This document shows, one piece after another, positions 63,613-64,000 of a DNA stretch of 64,000 nucleotides. The translations under genes were made by a program, and so were the position numbers. The notes below the pieces were generated by a model. That model saw nothing but the letters and a program-made list of their open reading frames with translations. It was not told the DNA's origin and did no database searches. The stretch covers positions 43,808,001 through 43,872,000 of the forward strand of contig CP068257.2 in NCBI GenBank assembly GCA_009914755.4, written 5' to 3'. How positions within the stretch are numbered: the first letter of the stretch is position 1; each line of letters begins with the position of its first letter. The stretch comes from the human T2T-CHM13v2.0 reference genome, Homo sapiens.

Positions 63613-64000
63613 TGTTTGTGGCACATATACACCATGGAATACTACGCAGCCATAAAAAATGATGAGTTCATGTCCTTTGTAGGGACATGGATGAAATTGG
63701 AAATCATCATTCTCAGTAAACTATTGCAAGAACAAAAAACCAAACACCGCATATTCTCACTCATAGGTGGGAACTGAACAATGAGATCACATGGACACAG
63801 GAAGGGGAACATCACACTCTGGGGACTGTTGTGGGGTGGGGGGAGGGGGGAGGGATAGCATTGGGAGATATACCTAATGCTAGATGACGAGTTAGTGGGT
63901 GCAGCACACCAGCATGGCACATGTATACATATGTAACTAACCTGCACATCATGCACATGTACCCTAAAACTTAAAGTATAATAATAAATTTAAAAAATTT
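63613..64000 (+). mobile_element. L1PA 3' end (ORF2 terminus and 3' UTR), sense, truncated by the window end as the A-rich tail begins
   Basis: 'tggcacatatacaccatggaatactacgcagccataaaaaatgatgagttcatgtcctttgtagggacatggatgaaattggaaa..gggaggggggagggatagcattgggagatatacctaatgctagatgacgagttagtgggtgcagcacaccagcatggcacatgtatacatatgtaactaacctgcacat..ccctaaaacttaaagtataataataaa'. Confidence 0.92.

Noticed and set aside
55625-64000. Search for the next COL18A1 exon ([33 protein letters not shown]...)
   Set aside because: No segment in any frame encodes this sequence before the window ends. The remaining 8.4 kb is tandem arrays plus an L1, so the next exon lies downstream of 64000.

Overview
This is primate (almost certainly human) genomic DNA: it carries Alu elements, L1PA/L1M LINEs and many GC-rich minisatellites. 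The single gene present is COL18A1 (collagen XVIII, a multiplexin) on the + strand. I identify it from the translated sequence: a signal peptide MAPYPCGCHILLLLFCCLAAARA, a cysteine-rich Frizzled-type domain, a thrombospondin-N/laminin-G-like domain, and then a long run of Gly-X-Y collagen exons. The window spans the 3' end of intron 2, the large alternative first exon 3 (promoter 2, coding 13253-14603), and 30 further coding exons up to about exon 33 (55562-55624). All have canonical AG/GT junctions and consistent reading phase. Exon numbers are inferred from the published 43-exon structure, not verified here. The next exon, encoding [14 protein letters not shown], is not in the last 8.4 kb and must lie past the window end. 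Introns are packed with tandem arrays: at least 20 distinct minisatellites with units of 16-69 bp, several GT/CA-rich tracts, and a 3.1 kb GT-rich array at 58330-61460. This fits a subtelomeric 21q22.3-like setting. Interspersed repeats include three full-length Alus with target-site duplications, one Alu fragment, two L1 insertions whose structure matches the twin-priming 5'-inversion signature, and a complex of old L1-like segments with nested inverted repeats. There is no prokaryotic-style system here. The interest lies in the alternative donor use in exon 3, glycosaminoglycan-attachment motifs, intragenic CpG islands, the density of repeats next to splice sites, and the L1 inversion structures. 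Most long ORFs in the supplied track are translations of tandem repeats and are rejected.
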